Of a stretch of 32,000 nucleotides of DNA, positions 30,392 through 32,000 are shown piece after piece; position 1 is the stretch's first letter, and each line of letters begins with the position of its first letter. The stretch comes from an uncultured bacterium (lineage in GTDB: Bacteria; Margulisbacteria; WOR-1; CAVSGV01). The notes under the pieces were generated by a model. The model worked only from the letters and a program-made list of their open reading frames with translations, was not told the origin of the DNA and searched no databases. The position numbers and the translations under genes are program-made. The stretch spans positions 270,001-302,000 of the forward strand of contig OY969425.1 of NCBI GenBank assembly GCA_963699255.1, read 5' to 3'.

Positions 30392-31514
30392 GAACCTGAA
30401 GGTGCTGGCGAAAAAATACGGAACGCCCTTGCTTGTGATAGACCATGCAAGGATCAGGGATAAATACGCCCAATTCAGAAAACATCTGCCGAGGATAGGC
30501 GTGTATTACGCCATAAAAGCAAATCCGGAACCGGATATAATCAAGACACTTCACGCCCTTAACAGCGGATTTGATGTCGCGAGCCAGGAAGAATTCGAGA
30601 TGGTCATGGCCGCCGTGCCAAGGTCCGTGCTGAAAAAGAAGATCGATTTTGTTTACAACGACGTCATCCTCGCGAACACCATAAAGCCTGTCGAGACGCT
30701 GAAGAAGATGATCCCGTACAGGACTTTGATGACCTTTGACAACCTCGATGAGTTGAAGAAGATAAAAAAGTATTGTCCCAATGCCGGGCTTATCATCAGG
30801 CTGAGAGTCCCGAACATTGGTTCCGTTGTCGAGCTCTCTTCCAAATTCGGCATCGAGCCGTCCCAGGCCATGCCTCTTATAGACGCTGCGATAGGGATGG
30901 GCGTGGACGTGGAGGGGATCAGCTTCCACGTTGGGAGCCAGTGTCTGAACATTGAAAATTACATGAATGCCTTTAATGCCGCCTCTGAACTCCTCAGATC
31001 CGCAAGAAGCAAAGGATATAATGTGAGGCTGATAAACATCGGCGGAGGTTTTCCGGCGAATTATGAGGGAGTGGACGTGTCGTTCCCCGCGTTCGCAAAA
31101 AAACTTTCGCAGGAGATCGACAGGCTTTTCTCGAAAGAGATCGAGATTGTGGCCGAGCCGGGCCGGTACCTTGTGGCGGAGTCGGCAAAACTGGTCGTAA
31201 AGATCATCGGCAAAGCTTACAGGGACGGCAAGACGTTCTATTACATCAATGACGGAGTATATAATACTCTGTCAGGCGTTATTTTTGACCACTGCGTATA
31301 CCATTTCCACGCTTTTAAGGGAGGCAAGGCATCGACAAGCGCCGTGGTCGGGCCGACCTGCGACGCGCTTGACACCGTTTCATTGAGCGAGAACCTGCCG
31401 GACATGGAGATCGGCGACCTATTATATGTAAATGACATCGGAGCCTACAGCAGCGCGTCGGCGACGAACTTCAATGGTTTTGCAAAGGCGAAGATAGTCC
31501 ATATCAACAAATAA
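30366..31514 (+). CDS. PLP-dependent (alanine-racemase fold) basic amino acid decarboxylase, ornithine/lysine decarboxylase-like
   Basis: 382 aa. The motifs are YAIKANPEPDIIKTL (PLP lysine), ISFHVGSQC, INIGGGFP, EPGRYLVAES and GPTCDALD. A strong AAGGAG Shine-Dalgarno sequence lies 5 nt upstream. The gene overlaps the DHS-like gene by 26 nt. Confidence 0.85.
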   Translation: MPSSTKMPKNLKVLAKKYGTPLLVIDHARIRDKYAQFRKHLPRIGVYYAIKANPEPDIIKTLHALNSGFDVASQEEFEMVMAAVPRSVLKKKIDFVYNDVILANTIKPVETLKKMIPYRTLMTFDNLDELKKIKKYCPNAGLIIRLRVPNIGSVVELSSKFGIEPSQAMPLIDAAIGMGVDVEGISFHVGSQCLNIENYMNAFNAASELLRSARSKGYNVRLINIGGGFPANYEGVDVSFPAFAKKLSQEIDRLFSKEIEIVAEPGRYLVAESAKLVVKIIGKAYRDGKTFYYINDGVYNTLSGVIFDHCVYHFHAFKGGKASTSAVVGPTCDALDTVSLSENLPDMEIGDLLYVNDIGAYSSASATNFNGFAKAKIVHINK

Positions 31515-31532
31515 AAAAGGAGTGATGATAAA

Positions 31533-32000
31533 ATGAAGAACGGTCAATTTAACGGAAAAATCCTTGTTATCGGATGCGGCTCGGTCGCACAGTGCGCCAT
31601 TCCCCTGATACCAAGGATCCTCGGAGTTCCCCATCAGAACATAAGCATAATCGATTTCGTTGATAACAGGCACCGCATAAGAGATTCGTTAAAGATGGGC
31701 ATGTCGTACGATGTGGACAGGATAACGCCGGAAAATTACTCCGTACTCTTAAAAAAATATGTCGGCCCGGGAGACCTTATCATAGACCTTGCCTGGAACA
31801 TCGAGACGAAAACGATGCTGCAGTGGTGCAGGAAGAACGGGGTCCTGTACGTTAACACATCCGTTGAAGAATGGGACCCGTATAAAGACAAAGAGAGGAA
31901 AGATCCGACCAGATACACGCTTTACTTCAGGCAGATGCAGATTAAGGAAATGATAAATAGGTGGGGGGACAACGAGGGCCCGACCGCGATAGTGGACCAC
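31533..32000 (+). CDS. hss: Homospermidine synthase (bacterial Hss, saccharopine-dehydrogenase-like), N-terminal fragment running off window
   Basis: It is not in the ORF track because it is open-ended. The ATG at 31533 follows AAGGAG. Translation gives MKNGQFNGKILVIGCGSVAQCAIPLIPRILG...DRITPENYSVLLKKYVGPGDLIIDLAWNIETKTMLQWCRKNGVLYVNTSVEEWDPY...GPTAIVDH. This matches the Rossmann N-terminus and conserved blocks of bacterial Hss. Confidence 0.75.
   Translation, partial: MKNGQFNGKILVIGCGSVAQCAIPLIPRILGVPHQNISIIDFVDNRHRIRDSLKMGMSYDVDRITPENYSVLLKKYVGPGDLIIDLAWNIETKTMLQWCRKNGVLYVNTSVEEWDPYKDKERKDPTRYTLYFRQMQIKEMINRWGDNEGPTAIVDH

Noticed and set aside
30354-30952. Minus-strand ORFs 30354-30929 and 30653-30952, antisense to the decarboxylase gene
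   Set aside because: They lie opposite a gene with clear PLP-decarboxylase motifs and a strong SD. Their translations have no recognisable features.

Overview
Every gene from 1 to 29201 is on the minus strand; a plus-strand cluster follows to the window end. Taxon cannot be assigned from sequence alone; the content suggests an uncultivated flagellated diderm.

1. **1-6010, flagellar operon.** This is the distal half of a Firmicutes-style operon: fliK-flgD-flgE-fliM-fliN-fliO-fliP-fliQ-fliR-flhB'. flhB runs off the left edge.
2. **6127-9887, housekeeping genes.** tRNA-Leu(GAG), an EamA/DMT transporter, a stand-alone murF, and rho.
3. **10217-26795, the stand-out region.** A roughly 16.6-kb, tightly packed operon of secreted proteins.
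   - A 2022-aa giant fibre protein. It has a signal peptide and about 85 uninterrupted collagen-like Gly-X-Y triplets. These are followed by four concatenated phage-tail-fibre-like units with glycine-rich inserts.
   - A paralogous giant fibre gene split into 331-aa and 1502-aa ORFs by a 1-nt change in a homopolymer.
   - Two paralogous glycine-rich secreted proteins.
   - A small secreted protein with a T9SS-type C-terminal sorting-like domain.
   - A PorV/FadL-like outer-membrane beta-barrel fused to a C-terminal SLH domain.
   - No phage capsid, tail, baseplate, integrase or lysis genes are present. I read this as a candidate undescribed surface-fibre assembly and anchoring system, not a prophage.
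4. **27014-29201.** A lipoprotein, an orphan sensor histidine kinase, and queF.
5. **29225-32000, plus strand.** A polyamine cluster: a deoxyhypusine-synthase-like gene, an ODC-like decarboxylase, and a bacterial homospermidine synthase that runs off the right edge.

Several sigma70-like promoters with 16-17 bp spacers are visible. Three genes appear to have leaderless or near-leaderless starts. The giant genes contain long, perfect or near-perfect in-frame DNA repeats of 108, 276, 378 and 855 bp periodicity.
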